Shown: positions 30,301 through 37,676 of the stretch, in pieces
Layout: every line of letters begins with the position of its first letter
Position numbering within the stretch: position 1 is the stretch's first letter
Assembly: GCA_031430855.1 (NCBI GenBank)
Contig: JANPCG010000010.1
Coordinates: 35,714-99,713 of the forward strand
Reading direction: 5' to 3'
From: Candidatus Kaiserbacteria bacterium
Lineage (GTDB): Bacteria > Patescibacteriota > Minisyncoccia > Phycocordibacterales > UBA918
DNA length: 64,000 nt
Notes under the pieces: generated by a model
What the model was told of the DNA's origin: nothing
Databases searched by the model: none
The model's input: only the letters and a program-made list of their open reading frames with translations
Translations under genes and position numbers: made by a program

Positions 30301-30557
30301 GGGCCATTGGTTGTCTCTCGAGCACTACTGGATGTGTAGGGTATCACAGTACTGACGCTACACTTAGCGGTGGTTCTACTCGATTTGCACCACTCGATAG
30401 CTATGCACCACTTGATAGTACTCCAAGAGAAATTATGTTTGGCTCTTTTCCAACGACCGATGTCCATGATATTGTATATAGAGTCAGGGTTCGATCGAGT
30501 CAACCAGCCGGTGACTACGAAACTGAAATCATCTATCTTGCTATTCCAGTCTACTAA
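24360..30557 (+). CDS. Giant secreted protein (2065 aa): N-terminal BNR-like propeller, tandem repeats, class B C-terminal domain
   Basis: Signal (VEA), YRKTTNGGTSW, duplicated YDLDTxAPYDCASESY, four YxFRND...YCFR-type domains, ends AGDYETEIIYLAIPVY. Start may be the ATG at 24390. Confidence 0.85.
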   Translation: MTLKPCENKGMRNFPAFFGRKNNYSRGVTLTLLLTILVSQISFVSFLLPTVVEAAVVTIDGDANQNSTSHLFSGGQTVFISDQVGYKFFRDNPSAGPCVYRKTTNGGTSWGAAVTVDAQTDCAGIVVWYDQWTPGDFGNSIHIATMDTAAAIDNLFYNRLDTNTDTLLMGTAPANATASSSQGGTYAVGTNAHTITKGTDGTLYLASQDASDSFVVRCSASCNAAGSWTEAGTAPIGLTNDWNILMPLSGGNILLLNRANTLDDIQSKIWNGSSWSGSWTTIDSNAIENTTYDVGMAATIDHSTGDIYLAYAADNDTFTVADHDLRTAKYTSGSWTSGTAVFTNRAGIGLLQTAISVDSNTSTIYLGYTMRTTPGTAASANVYYATGTAALSSWGAEQGPVNTTSANLYGVDFNIMSDERIYASWFDATLFDILGNTVADISPVVKVSTRGIPTASVTASTSNVYLGGTFVIKEGQTTRNVTDIVISESGTIDAENAIKNVSLYYDLDTTAPYDCASESYVGSESKYGSTDTNGFSSANGVSSFVDVVSISATQALCVYVAADVTDAALDGSTVRLSVSNPPSDVLVSGGAIATPLIPVGFVAGTNVFNDQLSQGHYQFRNDNGNEAGATSATGGTQDTPLGAIQPNSPKRLRIAVSNEGSISTPVTQFRLEYAVAAPTCDVASSWTDVGATNDAWNMFDSTFVTDGSNTTDIATSTGGTTNENTTFLTPNGGVRDTTSQTGSLTLTNANFVELEYSIVASTTAIEGATYCFRVTNAGAPLPQYLVYPSATISADATLSAAGSQVTSAVIPELNLYVGGKFGIRENLSSRTVTNITITETGSVDGQLNLDNIRIAYDLDTSAPYDCASESYVGGEAQFGAIDTNGFSSANGSSTFAGSVSITTTQSICAYVVLDVVSSALNDDTVKIGIASGGNDITVSSGSVSPSTPVSLTGTTTLSGSVVAQTAYHFRNDNGSETGATSASGGIENTQVTNHSQNTQIRLRLGVSNEGVATSTNAFYRLEFGPKITTCSSVAIWTSVGAAADDWNMFNSPNITEGNNTTNIATSSGGVTDGNTSFLVVNGGLRDTSATTSAITLSSTQFTELEYSITSSALTAFNTTYCFRVSNAGNPLPQYDTYAEITTAPARDFKVQRGDVVITSTSSTLVAGVDYVAPTASSTAFIRITNAHHTGAGRITLGAAQNARDVTAYIVNPTNIQTSVTIARPAFTLNNTRVSWEIVEFIAATGTDNEMIVRSAGSLQMPTASTSATGTAISSVVDDSKVVVFITGLYNRDAGRNVYYAGQITTSWDATNNRPIFTRGAGGAIIDVSYAVVEYTGINWQIQRIEHTYSATNTIETKAIAPVNSLARTFIHSQKRVGALGNVDNFGHEVWLSSIGAVSFRLEAGASTPTSHVSVAWVIENQQTSAGAMKVQRSNGNTTDGTEPVVLAVDIFTPIAALNNSSIFLNTRVVGANSNFPLPMAGASIVSTSSYNIWRSEATGGLLTYRTEIVEWPTNGLAVRQNYYRFYSDNNALIPTDAWPPGPTNLGENTSITALDEPLGDGDRVRLRMTARVANANLPAGLYDFKLQYGQRISSCSAIASWSDVGSTTSGTIWRGYNAPGVTNGVVLSTDPPTGGDLLLSVSDVAGNYVELNPSPTNPYIVEPGEDVEFDWHLEDNGALERTSYCFRMIKSDGATLDGYFNYPQIRTASFTPAGKKWRWYDDTENETPSTPLSAEEVAPIEIGANNPIALRITVDEIKNVQGLNIKFKLQFDESSLFTNPRDVVATSSCVATSTWCYSTGGGVNNTKVTSRVLSDSDPCIASVGIGCGTHNNSPTYTTGDTHPSGALREYSFYLEQRSARVGAVYYFRLYETLNSLPVAPASTSTYPSLVAESATLFLTVSGLPAGTTTAGVVTAASSTPNTIAFGSLPLNTDVNAAHRVTLDTNATQGYRVLTYARQQLINSYNTAIPSIIGSNATPTSWAIGCLSSTTGCVGYHSTDATLSGGSTRFAPLDSYAPLDSTPREIMFGSFPTTDVHDIVYRVRVRSSQPAGDYETEIIYLAIPVY

Positions 30558-30566
30558 CTTTCGTTT

Positions 30567-31562
30567 ATGAAAAATTATTTTCCTCTCCTTATCGCGACTA
30601 TAGTAATACTGTCTCCGTTTAGTCATCTGCAGGCTGCTGATTACGGTATTTCTCCACTTATTATTGATCGAAATATTGAAGCGCGCGAAAGTTTTGAAGA
30701 AACCGTTAAAATTACCAATTCAAGTGATCGAAAGTTACGTCTCTTTCCTACGGTGAATGAAATTACAGTTGGTTCAGATGGGGAAATTCTTGATTTTGTA
30801 CCGGCTTCAATGAGTAATAACGCTACTAGTGTCACCAGTTGGATCGCAGTAACTCGTGGACGGGTAGAAATAAATCCCGGAGAAACCATTAAAGTGCCGG
30901 TTACCGTATCAGTTAGTCCGACTGCCGTGCCTGGTGAATACCACGCTTTTATCGGATTTGCTGAGGGGTCAAAACGAGACGAAGCAGAGTTAAAAGTTCA
31001 AAATGGAAGTGCTCCAGGAGTTGTCGTGCGTTTGTCCTTGAGTGAAAAGAGAAGTGAATACCTCCGTCTCCAAAAATTTTCGGTGGCCCGGTTTGTCACA
31101 AAACCCGAAGATACAGAGCTTACGTATGTGATAGAAAACGTTGGTGAAAAACCCTTGACGCCAAAAGGTGAAATTATATTTTATGATGTCCGTGGGTCTG
31201 AAAAAGCTACTCTCCCGGTAAATCCTGAACAGTTTGAAATACGAGCTCAGTCTTCTAAAGAATTCGTTGCGACAATTCCCGCAATTGGAGCCATTGGAAA
31301 ACATAAAGCCTTTATTAACATTGAATACGGATCAACACAAAGGGCTAATTTGTATGATACTACTTATTTTAATATTGTCCCTTTAAAGATTTTGATTAGT
31401 TTGTTCATTTCTTTTTTGGTAGTTTCAATACTGCTCGCACTTTACTATCACCGTCGTACCACGAAACATTCAGTTCGAGATGAGGAAGAAGGAGTAAGTG
31501 TCTACGTACGCAGTGGAGTGTCATCAAGTGATAAAGATCATGATATCAATCTCAAACAATAG
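30567..31562 (+). CDS. Membrane-anchored DUF916/DUF3324-like protein
   Basis: Signal, GISP, SWI, VSPTAVPGEYHAFI, IENVGE..LTPKGEI, C-terminal TM. Confidence 0.7.
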   Translation: MKNYFPLLIATIVILSPFSHLQAADYGISPLIIDRNIEARESFEETVKITNSSDRKLRLFPTVNEITVGSDGEILDFVPASMSNNATSVTSWIAVTRGRVEINPGETIKVPVTVSVSPTAVPGEYHAFIGFAEGSKRDEAELKVQNGSAPGVVVRLSLSEKRSEYLRLQKFSVARFVTKPEDTELTYVIENVGEKPLTPKGEIIFYDVRGSEKATLPVNPEQFEIRAQSSKEFVATIPAIGAIGKHKAFINIEYGSTQRANLYDTTYFNIVPLKILISLFISFLVVSILLALYYHRRTTKHSVRDEEEGVSVYVRSGVSSSDKDHDINLKQ

Positions 31563-33192
31563 TCGCCTGTTCATTTTGTTAGCGCTTGCTTTTATTATCA
31601 GTTTAACACTGACTAATTTTGCATTGGCTGAGACTCCAACTACACAAACATTAAGTGTTTCTCCGACGTTGTTTCAGATGAGTGTTAATCCCAGTCAAGC
31701 TTGGGTGAGTGAACTACGTGTCACAAATGTTAATGATTTCGATATTACCATTTACCCGCAAGTGGTTAATTTCGCTCCTTTGGGTGAGAGCGGGAGGGGA
31801 GATTTGATTCCTGTTTTTACCTCAGAAACCAAAGGATCTACGCTTGCTGAATGGATAAAGCTTGATCCTGTTGGTGTTCTGGTTCCGAAACAAGAAACCA
31901 AGACGCTCTCTTTTTCTGTCAACGTTCCTCCAACCGCAGCGCCCGGAGGTCATTATGCAGCAATATTGATTGGCACAAAACCGCCAACCGCTGTTACCGG
32001 TAAATCACAAGTCCAAACAGCTCAGTTTGTAACCTCATTGTTTTTTGTCCGGGTAGCGGGTGATGTTACCGAAAAGGGAATGATCCGAGAATTCAGAACC
32101 ACCGAAAAACTACTCGATACCCCTCACGTTACGTTTGAATTACGATTTGAAAATGAAGGAAATGTTCACCTTCAACCACAGGGTGACATCGTTATCAGTA
32201 ATATGTGGGGTGAGGAGCGGGGAATTATCCCAATTAATCAACAAACTCATTTCGGTAATGTCCTCCCACAAAGTGTCCGTAAATTCGAGTTTACTTGGTC
32301 TGGTGTCGCTTCAGTATTTGATATTGGGCGGTATAAGGCGATTGCTACATTGGGCTACGGTGAAGAATCAAAGAATTTTGTAACCAGTACTACCTATTTT
32401 TGGATTGTACCGATTCAGCAAATACTTATCACCCTGATTGTGATGGGGTTCCTCATATGGTTGTTTACCTTTGCGGTGAGAATGTACGTGCGTCGGATGC
32501 TTACTCTCGCTGGTATCGAACCGCGTACTATGTATACAGAGAAAACGGGAGCTATTACTGCCGTTAGGGCAGACAAGACCGTGATTATTAAGCGTTATCG
32601 CACTGTAGCCGCTCCGGTAATAATTGGACTTAGAGAACTTAAAAAACAGTTATTTTCTGAAACCAATATGCGTGCCCGCATGAAGGTGATTCTTCAGTCA
32701 TTCTACCGGTATAGACTCTTAGTAGGTACTGTTCTGGGATTTTTTGTTGTTGTGTTCTTTGTAATTCTTTTTATTCAAAGTGTTACCAAACCAGATGCAC
32801 CTTATAGTGTTACGATTACGAATCCGGATTCAAGCGTTACTCTTTCTTCCGAACAAATAATTTATAATGATCTTGAAAAAACAAAAACTGACACGAAGGG
32901 GGCTACTACTTCCGAACAAAACTTTGCAATCAAAGTCATAAATGTAAGTGGCATAACTGGTCAAGCAGCAAGGGCTCGGCTTAGTCTTGAGTCCGCAGGC
33001 TATGCAGTGAGTGAAATTGGGACTGACCCAACCCGTATCGAAGAAAAGTCAGCTATTGTATACAACGGCGTACCTCCAAAAACAGTACTTGAGATTAGTA
33101 AACTCCTTAATAACGCACTCCCTTCAGCGAGTGCTGAAATTGATATTGATACGGTCGTTATATACGTCGGGACAGACATCGCAGAAGACTAG
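31540..33192 (+). CDS. DUF916/DUF3324-like protein with two TMs and a C-terminal LytR_C domain
   Basis: SVSP, VPPTAAPGGHYAAI, FENEGNVHLQPQGDI. C-terminus IKVINVSGITGQA...L..AGY...VVIYVGTD. Confidence 0.75.
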   Translation: MISISNNSRLFILLALAFIISLTLTNFALAETPTTQTLSVSPTLFQMSVNPSQAWVSELRVTNVNDFDITIYPQVVNFAPLGESGRGDLIPVFTSETKGSTLAEWIKLDPVGVLVPKQETKTLSFSVNVPPTAAPGGHYAAILIGTKPPTAVTGKSQVQTAQFVTSLFFVRVAGDVTEKGMIREFRTTEKLLDTPHVTFELRFENEGNVHLQPQGDIVISNMWGEERGIIPINQQTHFGNVLPQSVRKFEFTWSGVASVFDIGRYKAIATLGYGEESKNFVTSTTYFWIVPIQQILITLIVMGFLIWLFTFAVRMYVRRMLTLAGIEPRTMYTEKTGAITAVRADKTVIIKRYRTVAAPVIIGLRELKKQLFSETNMRARMKVILQSFYRYRLLVGTVLGFFVVVFFVILFIQSVTKPDAPYSVTITNPDSSVTLSSEQIIYNDLEKTKTDTKGATTSEQNFAIKVINVSGITGQAARARLSLESAGYAVSEIGTDPTRIEEKSAIVYNGVPPKTVLEISKLLNNALPSASAEIDIDTVVIYVGTDIAED

Positions 33193-33239
33193 GTGTATAC
33201 TTATGGTGATGATTACCCATTTGTCTAACTAAAATTATT

Positions 33240-33722
33240 ATGTCAACGAAAGCAATAGTATTGTCGCTTGTACTTTTTGTCATTATTGTCAGTGGCATGT
33301 TTGGGTTTGCTTATCTTAAAAAATCTGAAATTAAAAATCTTCCAGAAGAACAGCCAACAAATGCTGCTACAGGCACTCTTAATCGTTATGGAATTGCTCG
33401 TATTGAGGCAACGCACTTTTACATAGACGGAACACATACTATTGTCGGTGAATTATCGTTTCCAACTCCGTGTGATCTCCTAACTACCGATGTTCAGATT
33501 GCAGAATCAATGCCAGAACAAATCACTTTTTTGTTTGATGTCATTAATAATTCTGAAATGTGTGCACAGGTTGTCACTACGCAACGATTCAAGATAGAAG
33601 CAACAGCGAGCGATGCAGCCTCACTGAGCGCTACGTTTATGGGGCAAAGAGTAGAGCTAAACCTTAAAGAAGCAACACCAGGAGAGACTCCCGATGATTT
33701 TGAAGTTTTTATTAAAGGCTAA
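33240..33722 (+). CDS. Membrane-anchored hypothetical protein (PTPC...CAQV pair)
   Basis: N-terminal TM, beta-rich body, two Cys. Confidence 0.7.
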   Translation: MSTKAIVLSLVLFVIIVSGMFGFAYLKKSEIKNLPEEQPTNAATGTLNRYGIARIEATHFYIDGTHTIVGELSFPTPCDLLTTDVQIAESMPEQITFLFDVINNSEMCAQVVTTQRFKIEATASDAASLSATFMGQRVELNLKEATPGETPDDFEVFIKG

Positions 33723-33749
33723 ATAATTAATTAATGTACCGCGCGTAGT

Positions 33750-34304
33750 ATGAGAAAAAGTTATATCGTAACGTTACTTGTATTGAGTGTACTCATCGCA
33801 TTCGCAGTAGGAGTAGCTTACTATATACATGACAAGGCAGTCCGTGAAGAAGCCAACCAAGCCGATGAAACACTATTCTCAGACGCTGGTGAGTCACCTT
33901 ACGTTGATAAAAACGGTAACGGAGTATCGCTAGAAGGCAATCTTGGAAAAGTTATTGTGGTTAATTCATGGGCTAGTTGGAGTCCGTTTTCAGTCGAGGA
34001 ACTACAGTCATTGAATCAGTTTGCTTCAGAATATAAAGATAAAAATGTGGTAGTGATAGCTGTAAATCGAAAAGAAACTAAAGAGCAAGCAGAGCGTTTC
34101 CTCGCCACCTTGCCACCGCTCGAAAACCTTCAGATAGTAATTGATACGAAAGATTTTTTTTACGGAGCGGTGGGCGGGTACGCCATGCCTGAAACGGTAT
34201 TTTATGATTCACGCGGAACTATAATTGAACATAGACAAGGAGCGGTGTCTCTTGAAGACACAAAACGTATCGTTGATTCCATTATTAACACAACCGAAGA
34301 GTAG
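33750..34304 (+). CDS. TlpA/ResA-like thioredoxin-fold protein with SxxS in place of CxxC
   Basis: GKVIVVNSWASWSPFS..EL; AMPETVFYD..G.I. Confidence 0.8.
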   Translation: MRKSYIVTLLVLSVLIAFAVGVAYYIHDKAVREEANQADETLFSDAGESPYVDKNGNGVSLEGNLGKVIVVNSWASWSPFSVEELQSLNQFASEYKDKNVVVIAVNRKETKEQAERFLATLPPLENLQIVIDTKDFFYGAVGGYAMPETVFYDSRGTIIEHRQGAVSLEDTKRIVDSIINTTEE

Positions 34305-34361
34305 GTTCTCCCACTTACGCAGCTAGTCCTTTTGTACTCAGGTTGATATAGTATAGATACC

Positions 34362-35423
34362 ATGAAGCACGCACGTTTTATTGAATTTACGTTCTTTTAT
34401 ATAGCACTTGCTCTAGTGGGTTATATTGTGTGGCAAATTTTTGCTCCATTTGTTTCTGCTTTGGCACTTTCGGCAATTATTGTCGTAGTTTGTTTTCCTC
34501 TCTTTGAATTTCTGCTTCGTTTTGTAGCTCGAAATAATCGTTCTTTTGCTGCGTTCCTTACCACCATTTTTGTGTTTTGCGTTATTGTTACGCCGATCTT
34601 CTTTGCTTCAACACTGCTCGTGAACGAATTTGTTTCTTTTTATCGAAGTATGGACACGACGTCCCAACTTCCAATTGACCAAGCTCTCTCTGGAGTCGAA
34701 ACTAGATTACAGCAGTACATACCAGGCTTTGATATTAATCTGTCCGGTCAAGTTAAAGAAAGTATTTCTTGGTTTACGAGCAATATCGGTAATATTTTCG
34801 CAGGAACTGTTTCAGTCATATTTACGTTTTTAATTGGGATGTTGGGTTCATTCTATTTGTTTCGTGATGGTAAACGACTGGTATTGTGGTTCATAAGTGT
34901 GAGTCCACTGAAAGATGGAGAGGATGCGGAAATACTCAATCGCGTAGCTCGTTCAGTTCGCTCAGTCGTGATGGGTACAGTTCTTGTAGCAATTATTCAG
35001 GGTATCACCGCATCAATTGGTTTTAGTATCTTTGGCATTGACCGTCCAATATTATGGGGTTCAATTGCAGCACTTGGAGCCTTACTACCAGGAATTGGTA
35101 CTGCCGGCATCATGGTTCCGGCAATCGCGTACCTGTTTTATGTTGGATATATCCCTGGCGCCGTTGGCCTTATTATTTGGGCGGTTGCGACCATCGTTAT
35201 TGTCGACAATTTTGTTGGACCGTACCTCATGAGTCGGGGCAATAACCTCCATCCGTTTGTTGTTTTAATTTCTGTGCTTGGAGGAATATCTTTGTTTGGA
35301 CCAATTGGATTTATCCTCGGACCTGTATTTATTAGTTTATTCATGGTATTACTTGAACTCTACGGTGTGTACATGAACGACGACCCAAAAGATAACCCCC
35401 GGCTGATAAAAAAACGAAAATAA
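34362..35423 (+). CDS. AI-2E family transporter
   Basis: Polytopic; DNFVGPYLM, LHPFVVLISVLGG..FGPIGFILGP. Confidence 0.9.
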   Translation: MKHARFIEFTFFYIALALVGYIVWQIFAPFVSALALSAIIVVVCFPLFEFLLRFVARNNRSFAAFLTTIFVFCVIVTPIFFASTLLVNEFVSFYRSMDTTSQLPIDQALSGVETRLQQYIPGFDINLSGQVKESISWFTSNIGNIFAGTVSVIFTFLIGMLGSFYLFRDGKRLVLWFISVSPLKDGEDAEILNRVARSVRSVVMGTVLVAIIQGITASIGFSIFGIDRPILWGSIAALGALLPGIGTAGIMVPAIAYLFYVGYIPGAVGLIIWAVATIVIVDNFVGPYLMSRGNNLHPFVVLISVLGGISLFGPIGFILGPVFISLFMVLLELYGVYMNDDPKDNPRLIKKRK

Positions 35424-35424
35424 C

Positions 35425-35859
35425 ATGATTGAAAAACGAAACATTGAAACGTTTATGCGCATTAATGGCATAGAGCCGTCTGCTAAAGATGAGGAGATTC
35501 GTTCAGTACTCATTAGTGCGCGATGGAATGAAAATGAAGTTGATACGGCGTTAATGGTCTTAAAAGAAAATACCACCACCAAGCTAACACATGTAGATAC
35601 GCTTCATAAAGTTTTTAATACCAATGGAAGACTTACTTCTGCTGAAATTAGTACACTTTTGGGGATTGATGTTGAGCTTACAAACGAAGATGTGGGCGAC
35701 ATAAATTTAAAGCGTGCTCGGATTGAGCGTGCTCAAGGACTGCTTTCGTTTGGTCTTTCAATTGTTATCGCGTTAACCAGTATAGGCTATTTGATGTATC
35801 AGGAAAAAGCGGGAATTTTTAACGAAAACCCAGTATTATCTGATAATGTCCCGCTTTAA
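35425..35859 (+). CDS. Hypothetical protein with C-terminal TM
   Basis: In-operon ORF; IRSVLISARWNENEVDTAL helical motif. Confidence 0.65.
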   Translation: MIEKRNIETFMRINGIEPSAKDEEIRSVLISARWNENEVDTALMVLKENTTTKLTHVDTLHKVFNTNGRLTSAEISTLLGIDVELTNEDVGDINLKRARIERAQGLLSFGLSIVIALTSIGYLMYQEKAGIFNENPVLSDNVPL

Positions 35860-36964
35860 TTTACTCCTTTTTTTACTTATATGCAGTACGACTTTAGTAT
35901 TTAGTTCGTACTCTTTTGCTCAATTACAAGAACTGGCGGTAACCATAGACAATATTGGGGCAGAATCTATTGTATTTGATGTGCCTGAACTTCGTAGTCA
36001 GAATAATGAAGTACATCCTATTCCAAAGCCCATACTTTTCACTGGTGATATTCTTTTAGCCCGTCATGTTGAATATTTAATGAACCAAAATGGAGCAACC
36101 TATCCCTTCAGACAATTGACGACATTGTTTGCCAGTAGTTCGTATGTTATTGCAAATTTTGAAGCCGCCATCCCTCTCGTGCATCAAAAAACTCCAAATG
36201 GAAAAATGGTTTTTTCGGTGCCTTCCTCTTCAGCTGCAGTGTTATATGATGCGGGGGTCACACATGTTTCTTTAGCAAACAACCATGCAATCGATCAAGG
36301 TACTACTGGATACCTAAACACGAGAGCTATTTTAACTGACGCAAACATAACACCCTTTGGTCATCCAGTGACACTTTCCTCTTCTTCAATTACTTTTATA
36401 AACTATGGTGAGGTAAAAATTAGTATCATTGGTATTCATACATTATTCAAAACTCCTGATATCACTACTCTCACTTCGCTACTAGGTTACATGGCTTCAA
36501 ATAGCGATATACAAATAGCCTATATGCACTGGGGTAATGAATATCAACCTAAACACAGTCTTAAGGAGCGAGTACTGGCTGAAACGGTAATTGAGAAGGG
36601 AATAGACGCGATCATTGGTCACCATCCACACGTAACACAGGACATTGAAGTTATTAACAATGTCCCCATATTCTATTCATTAGGAAATCTAATTTTTGAT
36701 CAGTATTTTTCACTCGAAGTACAACAAGGATACATGCTACAGCTTTCTGTTAACGAAAAAAATTTCCAATTTGATCTTCTTCCGGTAACAAGCGTAGGAA
36801 CAAAAGCTCAGCCACGGGTAATGAATCAGCAAGAAAAGGACGTTTTTTTGACTGACCTAGCAACTCGTAGTCAGCCGGAATTAGCAGAAAATATCAAGCG
36901 AGGTAGGGTTATTATTGATCGAACGCTTGCAACATCGACCAAAAACAGTATTATTTCATTATAA
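35846..36964 (+). CDS. CapA/PGA_cap family metallophosphoesterase
   Basis: GDILL, ANFE, LANNHAIDQG, HWGNEY, GHHPHV, YSLGNLIFDQ. Confidence 0.9.
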   Translation: MSRFNLLLFLLICSTTLVFSSYSFAQLQELAVTIDNIGAESIVFDVPELRSQNNEVHPIPKPILFTGDILLARHVEYLMNQNGATYPFRQLTTLFASSSYVIANFEAAIPLVHQKTPNGKMVFSVPSSSAAVLYDAGVTHVSLANNHAIDQGTTGYLNTRAILTDANITPFGHPVTLSSSSITFINYGEVKISIIGIHTLFKTPDITTLTSLLGYMASNSDIQIAYMHWGNEYQPKHSLKERVLAETVIEKGIDAIIGHHPHVTQDIEVINNVPIFYSLGNLIFDQYFSLEVQQGYMLQLSVNEKNFQFDLLPVTSVGTKAQPRVMNQQEKDVFLTDLATRSQPELAENIKRGRVIIDRTLATSTKNSIISL

Positions 36965-36973
36965 TTTTCTATT

Positions 36974-37510
36974 ATGTTTAACAAATTCGAACTTATTGGG
37001 ATTGGTGCGAGTATTATGTCTATGGCGTTTGCTTTGTATTTAGTTAACCTTGAAACGTCGTCTCTCGCTCAGGTTACAGGTAGTAGTAATGCGGCCCAAA
37101 GTGCGCTGATTGTCGTTGGAAGCGAAGACGATAATAAGAATGCACTTCGAGACGCTCTCTTAGAAGGAACGACTGCAAATGGTACCGTTAATAAGCTCAT
37201 TATCGATGATGTGGTAATTGGTGCTGGAGACGAAGTGGTAATCGGAAATACTGTTATCGTTCACTATATTGGCACTCTTCAAAATGGTCAGGAATTTGAT
37301 AACTCTAATAAACGAGGTACTCCATTTGAATTTACGGTTGGTGCAGGAAAGGTTATTCCAGGCTGGGAAGAAGGTATTATCGGTATGAAAGTAGGTGGAA
37401 AACGTATCATTGTCATTCCTGCTGAAAAAGGCTACGGAAAAGAAGGATTCGGTCCGATTCCTGGTGGGGCTACTCTCGTCTTTTCTCTCGAACTCTTGGA
37501 GATAAAGTAG
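36974..37510 (+). CDS. FKBP-type peptidyl-prolyl isomerase, membrane-anchored
   Basis: VHYIGTL..G.EFDNS, VIPGWEEG..GMKVGGKR, IPGGATLVF. Confidence 0.92.
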   Translation: MFNKFELIGIGASIMSMAFALYLVNLETSSLAQVTGSSNAAQSALIVVGSEDDNKNALRDALLEGTTANGTVNKLIIDDVVIGAGDEVVIGNTVIVHYIGTLQNGQEFDNSNKRGTPFEFTVGAGKVIPGWEEGIIGMKVGGKRIIVIPAEKGYGKEGFGPIPGGATLVFSLELLEIK

Positions 37511-37626
37511 GTAAAATTACTGCATCTACTTTGTCGCACTTCAAGTAATATTTTCATCGTACAAGTAAGTACGTTTCAAATATTATTTATCATGCTCCGC
37601 GTATCTACAGCAATTTAGCAAACTTT
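37504..37626. repeat. ~123-bp palindromic element (same family as 9454 and 16674)
   Basis: aaagtaggtaaaattactg pairs imperfectly with cagcaatttagcaaacttt. Internal ctttgtc; apical cgtac-aagtaa-gtacg. Confidence 0.55.
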
Positions 37627-37676
37627 GTTCATATTTTCTTAAAGCATTTTTCAATTCACCTTTGCCTATTTAATTT

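Noticed and set aside
33975-33995. Selenocysteine or recoded active site in the TlpA-like gene
   Set aside because: The codons are AGT and TCA (Ser), not TGA; TGA acts as stop elsewhere in the window.
35846-36964. Poly-gamma-glutamate capsule operon
   Set aside because: No capB/capC nearby; stand-alone CapA-family genes are common.
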